From contig JBDLRP010000039.1 of the NCBI GenBank assembly GCA_039799905.1, positions 64,001 to 128,000 on the forward strand: DNA of 64,000 bases, written 5' to 3'. The position numbers and the translations under genes are program-made. Under the pieces are notes generated by a model, which saw only the letters and a list, made by a program, of their open reading frames with translations, was not told where the DNA came from and made no database searches. How positions within the stretch are numbered: position 1 is the stretch's first letter; each line of letters opens with the position of its first letter. This document shows positions 49,450 to 58,487 of this stretch, piece after piece. This DNA is from Pseudomonadota bacterium. Lineage in GTDB: Bacteria > Bdellovibrionota_B > Oligoflexia > Silvanigrellales > Silvanigrellaceae.

Positions 49450-51318
49450 TCACGAATCCAAATCGATGCTTTGGATATAGTCGAGCAAAAATTGAATCTG
49501 CGGATCCTCTTTGTCGACAAAATCCTTCACTGCGGTGAATGCTTCGTTGAACTCCCTGACCTTTTTTACACTACGCGAAGAGAGAACTTCGGTTGCGGCA
49601 TTGAAAATATAGTTTTGCGCCAACAGCACTGCCTCGTCAGGACGGACATCCTCGCGCATTTCCGGAATCAGCGTAATGAGATCGCGCCAGCGGTGCGAAA
49701 GTTCATTCCACAGCACCTGACCGCACAGCGGACTCCGTGCAGCCGCCTTGCCGCACAATGCAACTGTGTCTTTTGTATTGGCACCTGTCATGCGGCCTTT
49801 TAAAATTCTGTTTTGATAGAGCGCGAGAATCCATTCTCCATTGGCACTGCGCTGACCAGCGAGCGTTCGTAGTGCCTGACTATAGGTCGGAAATCGTGTT
49901 CGGAATTTCATCAGCAAGCCTTCGTCCACTGCTCCCGCCGTCACAAACAAAAGTGGATCCGAAACTCCTGCATTCAACGAGAATCCGGATACCCGCGGAT
50001 ACAATCTCAATCCGACAAAACAACCGTCAAAGAGGTTTGCAGGCGAAGGCACTGTTTGTTTCGCGCCCAGCGCACTTTCAATCAGAAAAAGCAACGCGTC
50101 GCCGGCCGCACCCGATTCGTTCAGCTGACAAAGAAACCGGCTGGTGGAATGCAATTCAACGAACCGTGAGATTGATTTACTCCAGTCGATCGTCGTTTTT
50201 GCATTTGAACTCTTGGTTTTAAGCGCATCCAAAAGTTCACCTATGATCACGCTATCGGCCGATGACAGATAAGCTGACAAGGTGGGCACTTTATCCAAAT
50301 GCGATTTCAGACGCTGTGTTTCCTTCAACATTTGAGGATATTCAAGAAGAGTCACCAACGACAGCGAGAGAAGACGCGACAAAAACAGTCCGTGCATGAC
50401 CCGCTCTTCCGGCTCGCTTTGCGGCACGACACGAATCAGACGCTCCAAAATCACATCGATTTCTTCACCAGCCTCGCGCACCGCTTTTGCGCGGACGGAT
50501 TTCGCTTTGCCCTGCACTTTGAGCAAATCACGCCTGATGGCAAAAACCCGCGATAGTTCATAGGCGACTACGGCAAGTCCGCGTTGCCGCAGTTCTGCCG
50601 GCAGCCTAACAAGCAGCTGCTTCCATTCTTCCATGCGGTCCAACTCTTCATGCGGTAAATTCACAAGAGCAAGAGCGGCCGTCAACTCTCCGGATGGCAG
50701 ATACCCTTCTGGATACAGAGCTCTGTCTTTTTGAATGGAAACAAGAGCACGGGCGTATTTTTGCCCGTCACGGGTGATCTTTCCTTCAAGAAGATTCTGA
50801 TAATTGCGAAGTGCATCTGGAGTGGAACCAAGTAATTTGGCGGCGAGTCTCTTTTCAGGAGGATTCAGGGTTTTCGCCGGCCGCAGGGTCTTAATCCCCA
50901 TCCACACCAATCCAAGTCCGAGAATCGCAAGTACAATCAGTGCAAACAGATCACGCAGGGTTGCAAAACCGCTGCGCTGTGCCTGCGCTGGAGTCAATCC
51001 GCCATGATCGGGTGGAAGCTCGGCTTTTTTTCCTGTCGCGGTTTCACGAAAGTTCGCATGTTGGTCCTTGGGAACATCGGAGGCAAGAATCCCCTCCAGA
51101 GTTCCTGTGGGCGTGTAGTCGGTGAACCATTCGACGATTAGAACCGGCGAGCCGCACTCGGGAGCAATCCACATGACAGTATTGAAAAGCTCATGCTTTT
51201 CTTTAAACAAGTCAATTATTTCGGTCGTACTGAACGGACCGATTGTCGTCTGACTTGTCACCAAAATGTGTTTAACGTCGGCAGGCTCCAATCTCCGATA
51301 CCTCACAGATCCACCCAT
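49450..51318 (-). CDS. Membrane protein with N-terminal GYF_2-like motif, TM helix and helical exported domain
   Basis: IGPFSTTEI..L...W pattern; TM LFALIVLAILGLGLVWMGI. Confidence 0.6.
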   Translation of the reverse strand: MGGSVRYRRLEPADVKHILVTSQTTIGPFSTTEIIDLFKEKHELFNTVMWIAPECGSPVLIVEWFTDYTPTGTLEGILASDVPKDQHANFRETATGKKAELPPDHGGLTPAQAQRSGFATLRDLFALIVLAILGLGLVWMGIKTLRPAKTLNPPEKRLAAKLLGSTPDALRNYQNLLEGKITRDGQKYARALVSIQKDRALYPEGYLPSGELTAALALVNLPHEELDRMEEWKQLLVRLPAELRQRGLAVVAYELSRVFAIRRDLLKVQGKAKSVRAKAVREAGEEIDVILERLIRVVPQSEPEERVMHGLFLSRLLSLSLVTLLEYPQMLKETQRLKSHLDKVPTLSAYLSSADSVIIGELLDALKTKSSNAKTTIDWSKSISRFVELHSTSRFLCQLNESGAAGDALLFLIESALGAKQTVPSPANLFDGCFVGLRLYPRVSGFSLNAGVSDPLLFVTAGAVDEGLLMKFRTRFPTYSQALRTLAGQRSANGEWILALYQNRILKGRMTGANTKDTVALCGKAAARSPLCGQVLWNELSHRWRDLITLIPEMREDVRPDEAVLLAQNYIFNAATEVLSSRSVKKVREFNEAFTAVKDFVDKEDPQIQFLLDYIQSIDLDS

Positions 51319-51438
51319 TCAGTGTCACCCGAGGTACTTCAACCCACAACGTCGAAAACAAAACATCGCGCTAGGAGAAGATTGCCTTCTGGCCTATACT
51401 CAGCCAACGAAACACCCAAAAAATCAAAGGTGGAACCA

Positions 51439-52707
51439 ATGGCTAAAATCTTTGGTCTGAACGGCAATCGCCCGCTTCTTCCTCCAAATCTGGTCGCATT
51501 CCTGACCGGAGTGTTGCTGGCGCTCGTCGTGGGAATGATTTTCCGCAAAGTCATCGACAAAATGGCGCCTCACCGACGCCAGACTGCGCTGCGTGCACAG
51601 GCTACGCCGGCTGCGCCTGATATAAAATCCGATGCACAAAACACCCCTACCAAGGTGCCTGAGGCTGAGAACGTCGCGATCAGTGCTCCGAGCGAGGGCA
51701 AAACCGATGATAAGGCAAATAGTGACAGCGCAATTAAGCGCGCACCAACAGCGACTGCTGCACTCGAGGATGAAGATGTGCAGCTGTCGCCTATCGGAGA
51801 AGTTGACTATCTGGCTTGGAGGCGACTGTTCCGGACGGTCGAAGAAATGACTGTAAGACAGGGAATCAAAATTTCATCTGTCACGCTAACACCCCGATAC
51901 CGCCATCAGGCGAAAGGGTTGGCAATCACTCGCGGACAATTTCTCGACGTCGTCTCGCGAAAAGTACCGGCGAATTTGCCGACACGGCAGAGCAATCAGG
52001 GGCTCGTCCTGCACGCACTGGCACCGGCCGACTTTGACACCCAGCAATTCAACAAAATTGTCAGCGACTCGGGAACACGACTCGAGGCCCTCTGCCGCCC
52101 CGACAAATCCTCAATTCCAAGCGAGGGAGTTGAACGGATTACAATACTCGCCAGCAACAATCAGTCGAACTTTAAGTGCCTGCAAGACTGGTTGGCGGCC
52201 AACCCGAATCTACAGCGGGTCAGTGAACTAAGCTTCGTAGGCTTCACCCGCGGTCCAACTTTCTTCGGCAGCATGACTTCCGACAAAAAGCTTATTTCGT
52301 TGCAGATGTGGAATCCGGACTGGCTCGTCGACAATACGGTTGCCGTCGACGAGACCGGTCGTGAAACTTTGATTCAAAAACGAACACTACGGCTGGCTAA
52401 CGTAACAAGGGCGTTGGGACAACCCTCCGACGTCCGGATGCAGATACCCGCATCCACACGCTCACTCGTTGGCCCACTGATTGAACCCAAAGATCCAACA
52501 CCAGCAAAGCCTCTGATCATTGGCAACTTCGCATTGGTGCCCTCCCACATGCCGCGCGGTGCGCTGATTGCAACGGCCTATACCAACCCCGGACAGGATC
52601 GCAGCAAGAGCGCCTCCGTCAAGCCGCCGGGTCCGGGACGCGCGCGTGCACTTGTTTTGGCAACTCAGGGTAAAAAGCTTCAATTCATGACAGTCACCAG
52701 AGAATAA
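51439..52707 (+). CDS. Hypothetical membrane-anchored protein
   Basis: ATG 51439 after AGGTGG; N-terminal TM helix, Pro/Ala/Lys linker, globular C-terminus. Confidence 0.65.
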   Translation: MAKIFGLNGNRPLLPPNLVAFLTGVLLALVVGMIFRKVIDKMAPHRRQTALRAQATPAAPDIKSDAQNTPTKVPEAENVAISAPSEGKTDDKANSDSAIKRAPTATAALEDEDVQLSPIGEVDYLAWRRLFRTVEEMTVRQGIKISSVTLTPRYRHQAKGLAITRGQFLDVVSRKVPANLPTRQSNQGLVLHALAPADFDTQQFNKIVSDSGTRLEALCRPDKSSIPSEGVERITILASNNQSNFKCLQDWLAANPNLQRVSELSFVGFTRGPTFFGSMTSDKKLISLQMWNPDWLVDNTVAVDETGRETLIQKRTLRLANVTRALGQPSDVRMQIPASTRSLVGPLIEPKDPTPAKPLIIGNFALVPSHMPRGALIATAYTNPGQDRSKSASVKPPGPGRARALVLATQGKKLQFMTVTRE

Positions 52708-52714
52708 TTGTCGC

Positions 52715-54247
52715 ATGAGCACAGCCATCTACCGCGAAGACGATCAAAACATCACGCGGCATTCACATTTCCTTCTGCGCGCGGCGCTAATTTTCCTTTC
52801 GACACCGGTCGTACTGTTTGCTCTTTCTTGGTTGAACTTCGGTGCGGCCCTTCTTCTGACGATTCTTGTTGTCTACACGTTGGTGACAAGTTGGACTCAT
52901 GCAGGGCAGCCAATTCCACTTTTCCGCTCCGCTGCGGAAATATTTGAAAAGCACTCGCCCGCCTTTGCGGTGCTGCTGATTTGGTGCGCGTTGTCGGGAA
53001 CCGGTGGAATCGGATTTCAGAACAGTGACTATGCTGCAAGCAACGCTCTGCTCAAAGATCTCATCGAGAATCGCTGGCCCTTGTACCTGCGCCCCGATGT
53101 CCCGCTTGTCTACTACGTCCTTTATTATCTGCCCGCAGCGGGGATTGGAAAAATTCTCGGCTGGCAGGCAGCGAACGTCTTCCTCTTTGTATGGACCTAC
53201 GCCGGACTCATCATCGTTTGGAGCCTATTTTCGCTTGCAGCAAGGCTTGATTCGCTTTCACAGACCCGCAAGCTACTTGCTGTGCTACTGTTCATCATTT
53301 TTGGCGGCTGGGATTTTTTCGGTTCATTGCTGAATTATCCACAAGGCACATTGCAAATTGGTTCTCACATTGAATGGTGGGCAGCCATCGGACAGTTTTC
53401 CAGCAACACGACACTTCTTTTCTGGGTCCCCCAGCACGTGCTGGCCCCTTGGATGGTCACTGCTGCGATTCTTCTGACCTTGCGCAATGGTGCCGGTGGA
53501 ACATTCATCTGGTTCATGGCGGCGATGTCTTTTCTTTGGAGCCCGGTTGCCAGCCTCGGCCTTCTGCCGTTTCTTTTCATCTGTCAAATCAGACTGATGG
53601 CTGACAGGAATTTCATGGTGAACATCACGGCGGCAAATTTCTTTGTCGGACCGATGCTCGCTGCAGCAGCGTTCCTCTTTTATTCGTCCAATTCATTCAG
53701 TTTTCCAAGCGGGTGGCAATTTGGCGAACCCGCCTTTGCGCGCAATTACACACTACTGATTCTGCTCGAAGCACTTGCTGTCGCGTTTCCGTTTTTCAGT
53801 CAACATCTGAGAGCAAAAATTTATCTAAATCAAATTGATATTCCACCGCCAATCAAACTCAATCGAACAGAAAAAACGCTCGGATGGAGCGCACTCGCCA
53901 TGCTGATGATTCTGCCCGCCTATAAGGTTGGAATCATGAATGACCTATGCATGCGTGCTTCAGTACCGGCTCTGATGATTCTGTTTTTCTTTTGGATTCG
54001 CATACTGCGCAAAGAATTTACGTTTCAATACATCCCGCTTGCAGTCACTTTCATCGCTGCAATCTTGGGAAGCGGTTCTGCATTTCAGGAGGTTCAACGC
54101 TCACTCAGCAATTACTCTGCACGGATTGTTCCGATGGAGAAAGTCTCGACGCTGCTCAACAACCCCGATAATTCCGTGATTGAACAGCGCGCCGGCAAAG
54201 CCGAATCGCTGTTCTGGAAATGGTTGGGGCCTCAGAGAGACAAGTGA
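52715..54247 (+). CDS. Polytopic membrane protein, possibly a GT-C-fold glycosyltransferase
   Basis: More than 10 hydrophobic segments; loops NSDY..SN..LKDLI...WP, LVYY, HIEWW and NDLCMRAS. The function call is inference. Confidence 0.6.
   Translation: MSTAIYREDDQNITRHSHFLLRAALIFLSTPVVLFALSWLNFGAALLLTILVVYTLVTSWTHAGQPIPLFRSAAEIFEKHSPAFAVLLIWCALSGTGGIGFQNSDYAASNALLKDLIENRWPLYLRPDVPLVYYVLYYLPAAGIGKILGWQAANVFLFVWTYAGLIIVWSLFSLAARLDSLSQTRKLLAVLLFIIFGGWDFFGSLLNYPQGTLQIGSHIEWWAAIGQFSSNTTLLFWVPQHVLAPWMVTAAILLTLRNGAGGTFIWFMAAMSFLWSPVASLGLLPFLFICQIRLMADRNFMVNITAANFFVGPMLAAAAFLFYSSNSFSFPSGWQFGEPAFARNYTLLILLEALAVAFPFFSQHLRAKIYLNQIDIPPPIKLNRTEKTLGWSALAMLMILPAYKVGIMNDLCMRASVPALMILFFFWIRILRKEFTFQYIPLAVTFIAAILGSGSAFQEVQRSLSNYSARIVPMEKVSTLLNNPDNSVIEQRAGKAESLFWKWLGPQRDK
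54198..54243 (+). repeat. 46-bp direct repeat, left copy
   Basis: AAGCCGAATCGCTGTTCTGGAAATGGTTGGGGCCTCAGAGAGACAA, identical to 56606..56651. Confidence 0.95.
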
Positions 54248-54274
54248 ATTTTTGCAACTTTTCGTTTGGGAAAA

Positions 54275-55405
54275 TCAATTCGATTTTACACGAATTTCGT
54301 CAATTATTTTTGAAAGCTCCGGCATGACCAGTTCACTTCCAAACTTTTCTACAATTTTTCCAATCTTGAGAGTTTCCGCTGACCTCTTGTTACCCTGAAT
54401 ATCATTATTCCCCTCTGTGTCCTTGATAAAAAACCGGTCAAAAGTCCCTTTATCTCCGGAAACAATATTCCTCAATACGGCATTCTCCTGTGCATAATCA
54501 CGGTTCGACGCACCACTTCCAAAATTAAACTGTGCGTCGTCATGCCGGTAATTGGGATTTGTGCCATTTCTTGAACCCAAAAAAACCGCCCGTCCAGACC
54601 TTATACCTATGACGTTGAAATAGTTTTCAATGATCCGGTTCTGGCGAGGCTCTTGATGGCGGACTACACCTCGTTCACCGCTGTTACGGTAGATATGCAC
54701 ACCGCCTTTCTCCATTTTCAGGAAGAGATTGTGCCGCAATAGATTTCGAGCCGAACCATCGAGCGCAATCACCTCGCGACTCGCTGTCATATTGAAAATG
54801 TTATTTTCTATGATGTTGTCTCCCGACTCAGCGTCGATGTACATAGCCACTGATCGGGACTGTCCTGCGATCATTGAATTTCTGAAGACTGTTTTATGAA
54901 CCCCAGGCCCAAACACTACCGGAATTTTTTCATCTGTAACAATAGAAAGATTTTCGAGAACAATGTTCCGCGGAGCGGCCTCTCTCATCCGCTTAGTATG
55001 CCCGAGCGACTGTGAAGATGTTTTAACAAGGCCGGTGTCCGAACTGGGTCCTACGCCCAGAACCCGAAGAGCACCGTTGATTTTCCAATTTCTGAAGACA
55101 ATGTTTTCAGGATACTTCCACACCCCGTCTTTTTGGATAGATGTAAAAGTAATCATCGTCTTCTTTCCATTATTGAAGCTCTTTCCTTTTCCATCAATTA
55201 TCTTTCCGCTGTCTTTCCAGGTGAATTCAATCCTATTGAGATTTCCGTCCGGCAGCTGTGCATCAAAAACGTCTTCATCGCTCAAATCGACCGTCGTCAA
55301 ATCTTGTTCAGTTAAGTTCGACTGAACATTCTTCTCCTGTTTTGAGGGCCGACAGGAAACAGACAACACAATCAGAACTGCAAAAGTCAAAGATTTACGA
55401 TTCAT
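54275..55405 (-). CDS. Lipoprotein with right-handed parallel beta-helix repeats (pectin lyase-like fold)
   Basis: Lipobox SVSC; repeated N.I.NN.F / N.L..N.F / N.I.EN.F strands; GGAGG RBS. Confidence 0.75.
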   Translation of the reverse strand: MNRKSLTFAVLIVLSVSCRPSKQEKNVQSNLTEQDLTTVDLSDEDVFDAQLPDGNLNRIEFTWKDSGKIIDGKGKSFNNGKKTMITFTSIQKDGVWKYPENIVFRNWKINGALRVLGVGPSSDTGLVKTSSQSLGHTKRMREAAPRNIVLENLSIVTDEKIPVVFGPGVHKTVFRNSMIAGQSRSVAMYIDAESGDNIIENNIFNMTASREVIALDGSARNLLRHNLFLKMEKGGVHIYRNSGERGVVRHQEPRQNRIIENYFNVIGIRSGRAVFLGSRNGTNPNYRHDDAQFNFGSGASNRDYAQENAVLRNIVSGDKGTFDRFFIKDTEGNNDIQGNKRSAETLKIGKIVEKFGSELVMPELSKIIDEIRVKSN

Positions 55406-55440
55406 ATTAACCTCCATCCAAAAAACGCAAATCCTTGAGT

Positions 55441-55456
55441 AACAAGAACTATGCCA
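55441..55456 (-). promoter_or_regulatory. Near-consensus sigma-54 promoter candidate
   Basis: Minus strand TGGCATAGTTCTTGTT; GT replaces the usual GC at -12. Confidence 0.35.
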
Positions 55457-55709
55457 TATCCGCAGACAAATTATCTCAGTCTTTCTGTATATTCTTAAAA
55501 TCTGCACATCGAAAAAAGTCATATTGGTTGATTGTTTCTTCGTCACTGTAAAAACAATTAACAGCCCAGAGTAGACTATTTAGTTTCGTCGAATCGCCAC
55601 AATTCGACCAGACCTAAATGCAGATATAAAATTCCATTTTTGCAGACAAAAATCGAGATTTCTAAATAATCGATTGCGGAACGTCGATATAACCCAAGAG
55701 GGCAGGTAC

Positions 55710-56582
55710 ATGGATATGAAAAACTTTTTATTGATTCACTGTTGCTTTGTCTCTGTCTCGTTCAGTGCATGCTCGACCGCTGAACAGCTCAAGAACATCC
55801 GCGCATCCGCGAAGAACACTCCCATAGAAGTAGGCAACAATCGGGATAAAGACACCCCGCCGGATAAGCCAGAATTACCAGCAGATGGTGCAAACAAAAA
55901 TGTCGACGAAGCAGATGCAAATGTTTTACCTGTCACGCCGGATGTTGAGAACGTAGACAACGGCATTGGACCAGTCGACGCTTCGCCAAGCACACAAAAC
56001 CCTGAATTTCCAATTGCAAAGGCACTCAATTGGGCAAATTTGGACGCCAAACAAAAACAATATTCAAAGTTCAAAATCGATAAAAGTACACCCAAGGGGG
56101 AATCAATTCTCATCACCACAAATGATCCGGCTTTCCACCTAACAGGGATCAGGATGCAGACAACGCCCCTACGATTGCGTGAGGAGCTCAAAAAGAGCGG
56201 AAAGCCAGTCTTTGTGCACTTTGAACTTAACGTCGGAATTTTCACACGATGGAACTTTGCAGGGAGTCTTGGTGAAGACAGCCTTAAATTCGGAACACAG
56301 GGTCACATTATCACCAAGCAGACTGGCGGTATCGTTGATTTCAGAGCAGACAGTGCACCCGATGTGTTCGAGTTCACAAACACCATCAACGTACAGAGGT
56401 GCTCGGAGAAGCACGGCTTTCAATGCCATCCATTGAACCACCTCCAACAGGTGACTATAAAGAACTTCGGCAAGGAAGATTTAATCATTTTACAAGGACG
56501 GCGCTATAGATATAACGATGTTCGAAATGATGGGACCTTGCCGGATGTGCCAGCGAGCAGACTAAAAGTAGAAAAAATTTAG
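55710..56582 (+). CDS. Hypothetical lipoprotein
   Basis: Lipobox FSAC; acidic Pro/Asp/Asn linker; beta-rich C-terminal domain. Confidence 0.7.
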   Translation: MDMKNFLLIHCCFVSVSFSACSTAEQLKNIRASAKNTPIEVGNNRDKDTPPDKPELPADGANKNVDEADANVLPVTPDVENVDNGIGPVDASPSTQNPEFPIAKALNWANLDAKQKQYSKFKIDKSTPKGESILITTNDPAFHLTGIRMQTTPLRLREELKKSGKPVFVHFELNVGIFTRWNFAGSLGEDSLKFGTQGHIITKQTGGIVDFRADSAPDVFEFTNTINVQRCSEKHGFQCHPLNHLQQVTIKNFGKEDLIILQGRRYRYNDVRNDGTLPDVPASRLKVEKI

Positions 56583-56605
56583 CCGGCTTTTTAGGGCAAG
56601 CCGGG

Positions 56606-56651
56606 AAGCCGAATCGCTGTTCTGGAAATGGTTGGGGCCTCAGAGAGACAA
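56606..56651 (+). repeat. 46-bp direct repeat, right copy
   Basis: Identical to 54198..54243; contains the stop codon of the cytochrome gene on the minus strand. Confidence 0.95.
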
Positions 56652-57110
56652 ATAAACGCGACCAGGAGCTCCGCCGCTCGCCGGTTGTGCGTGGCAGCCG
56701 GCACATCCGCCCGATGAAACCTGAGTTCCCATCGATGCCTCCTTACCATCCTTGGACACTTTCACTGCCTTTAACGGATACGAAACCGATTCCGATGTGA
56801 AAAAGTTTCCAACGCGGTTGCTCTTGAGGGATATTTTTTTGCCTGAGGAGTCGGTGACCTCAATGCTGACTCCTTCGAGCCCCTGATTTGTGGCCGACGT
56901 TGCCGACGGGAACACTGTGCCTGCGAGAGTGAATTGCGCCTCACCTGCGGCCTTTCCGCCTGCCCCGTGACAGCTGAGGCAATTGTCTCCCGGATTCATG
57001 AATTCATTGCCATCCTCATCTTTTTCGCCACAGGATGCGAGGAGAAGAACAGACATGATCGACAAGACTGCAGGAAACAAAAATCTTGGATTACGCCGCG
57101 ATGACTTCAT
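56640..57110 (-). CDS. Diheme cytochrome c lipoprotein with central carboxypeptidase-regulatory-like beta-sandwich
   Basis: Lipobox LASC; CLSCH and CAGCH heme motifs; AGTVF...GV.IEVTDSSG...SN..GNF. Confidence 0.8.
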   Translation of the reverse strand: MKSSRRNPRFLFPAVLSIMSVLLLASCGEKDEDGNEFMNPGDNCLSCHGAGGKAAGEAQFTLAGTVFPSATSATNQGLEGVSIEVTDSSGKKISLKSNRVGNFFTSESVSYPLKAVKVSKDGKEASMGTQVSSGGCAGCHAQPASGGAPGRVYLSL

Positions 57111-57171
57111 GTGTGGCTCCGTTTCAGCTTCGTTGACTCTATTCATGAGTAACAACAGAGCATCCGCAAAG

Positions 57172-58173
57172 CTATTCCTGCGTCAGGCCTCCGGCGGCGA
57201 CAAAACGTTCGCACGCCTCGCTGAGATGACGGTCGATTGGGAATGTAAACGAACGCCGCAGCAGGTCGAACTCAAGAAACCCCAGATGCCCGCCAAAGCG
57301 AAAGACGTTCAATTTGACGAGAGGATTCTTTGATTTTCTGAGAATCTCAAAAGTACCCGGAGCAATAGGATCATCTTTTGCCAAAAAAACTTCGGTGGGC
57401 AGGAGAATCTTGTCGATCACATCCCGACAAGACGCGCGTTCGTAGTAGTCATCGGCACTCGTCAGTCCAAGCGCCGGAGCAAGAAAATTCTCATCGAACT
57501 GCGAGAGCTTCTTGGCACGGCGGGCTGCAGACAGGAGCTCGTCTTCCATTTGCCCAAGCCGGCTCAGGTAGGAATTTATCTTGCGCAGAAACAATTTATT
57601 GAAAACACCGAACATCGGTCTGTGCATGTTGAGGCTCGAAGAACGCAGATCGACCACCGGACTCACTGCAGCAACTCCGATACAGCCAAGCTGACGCAAC
57701 AGTTCTGAAGATTCCTGAGCTCCCGCAATCTTCATCACCATGTTGCCCGAAAGCGACTGACCAACCAAAATCCATTTTTGCTGAGGCTCAGACTTTTTCA
57801 GAAACGCAATCGACTCGTACAAATCAGCACCACGAAAACCATGGTAAAAACCGCTCGCCTTCCCTTTTCCTGAACCGACATTACGATGATTGAGACGATA
57901 GACTTTGAAACCACGCTCTGCGAGAAATCTGGACTGTCTGACAACAGCAGGGTCGTGACAGGAACTGCCCAAGCCGTGCACCAAAAGAATGTTTGCTTTC
58001 GCGCTTCCACTCTCAGGCAGTTCGATTTCTCCACTGAGGACACTGCCGTCACTCAGCGTCACGTCAAAACGCGGAGAGCTCTTTTTCGTGACGTGTTTTC
58101 CTGAAAAGCTTGCACTGAGAATTGTCGAAAGGGAGCCGTGAGGAATCGGAAGACTGCCGAGATTCGCTTTCAT
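57172..58173 (-). CDS. YheT-like alpha/beta hydrolase
   Basis: HGL.S, R.NHR..G, GQSLSG nucleophile, DDP and GGHLGF motifs. Confidence 0.85.
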   Translation of the reverse strand: MKANLGSLPIPHGSLSTILSASFSGKHVTKKSSPRFDVTLSDGSVLSGEIELPESGSAKANILLVHGLGSSCHDPAVVRQSRFLAERGFKVYRLNHRNVGSGKGKASGFYHGFRGADLYESIAFLKKSEPQQKWILVGQSLSGNMVMKIAGAQESSELLRQLGCIGVAAVSPVVDLRSSSLNMHRPMFGVFNKLFLRKINSYLSRLGQMEDELLSAARRAKKLSQFDENFLAPALGLTSADDYYERASCRDVIDKILLPTEVFLAKDDPIAPGTFEILRKSKNPLVKLNVFRFGGHLGFLEFDLLRRSFTFPIDRHLSEACERFVAAGGLTQE

Positions 58174-58437
58174 TGCTGATTCTCCGCTCGGGTGACAAGG
58201 GCTGCGAAAGGCGTCGCCTTCTTCTAGTGATAAAGCGGGAGCAATTCAACAAAGAATTTCGGCCCGTTCACCGACAATTCAGCTATCCCGAAAAGGTAAT
58301 CGACGGTGCGCCAAAATGGCTCCCATCACCCCGAAAAAACGGACATCTATCCCAGAAAAACCGACTGTCGGAAATGTCTCCAAACATGAACGCATCATCG
58401 AGCATTGGATTCGAAGCTGTTTGGCGTTCAAAATGCC

Positions 58438-58463
58438 TCGAGATAATTCCAAATCTGCCGATA
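58438..58463 (+). promoter_or_regulatory. Sigma-28-like promoter candidate
   Basis: TCGAG-N15-CCGATA, with the -10 reading a perfect GCCGATAA. Confidence 0.55.
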
Positions 58464-58487
58464 ACTCCCAAAGAACTTGGGGGAATC

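Larger units (their letters stand above)
54244..56605. mobile_element. Putative inserted islet of two lipoprotein genes between 46-bp direct repeats; no recombinase encoded
   Basis: Exact flanking repeats; visibly AT-richer than the flanks; holds two divergent lipoprotein genes. Confidence 0.65.

Noticed and set aside
54198..56651. 46-bp repeat read as a CRISPR repeat, IS end or tRNA att site
   Set aside because: Only two copies 2.4 kb apart, direct rather than inverted, lying in protein-coding sequence; no cas, transposase or tRNA.
58122..58487. N-terminal extension of the 58122..59105 ORF
   Set aside because: Overlaps the hydrolase start and promoter region; the signal peptide and RBS begin at 58488.
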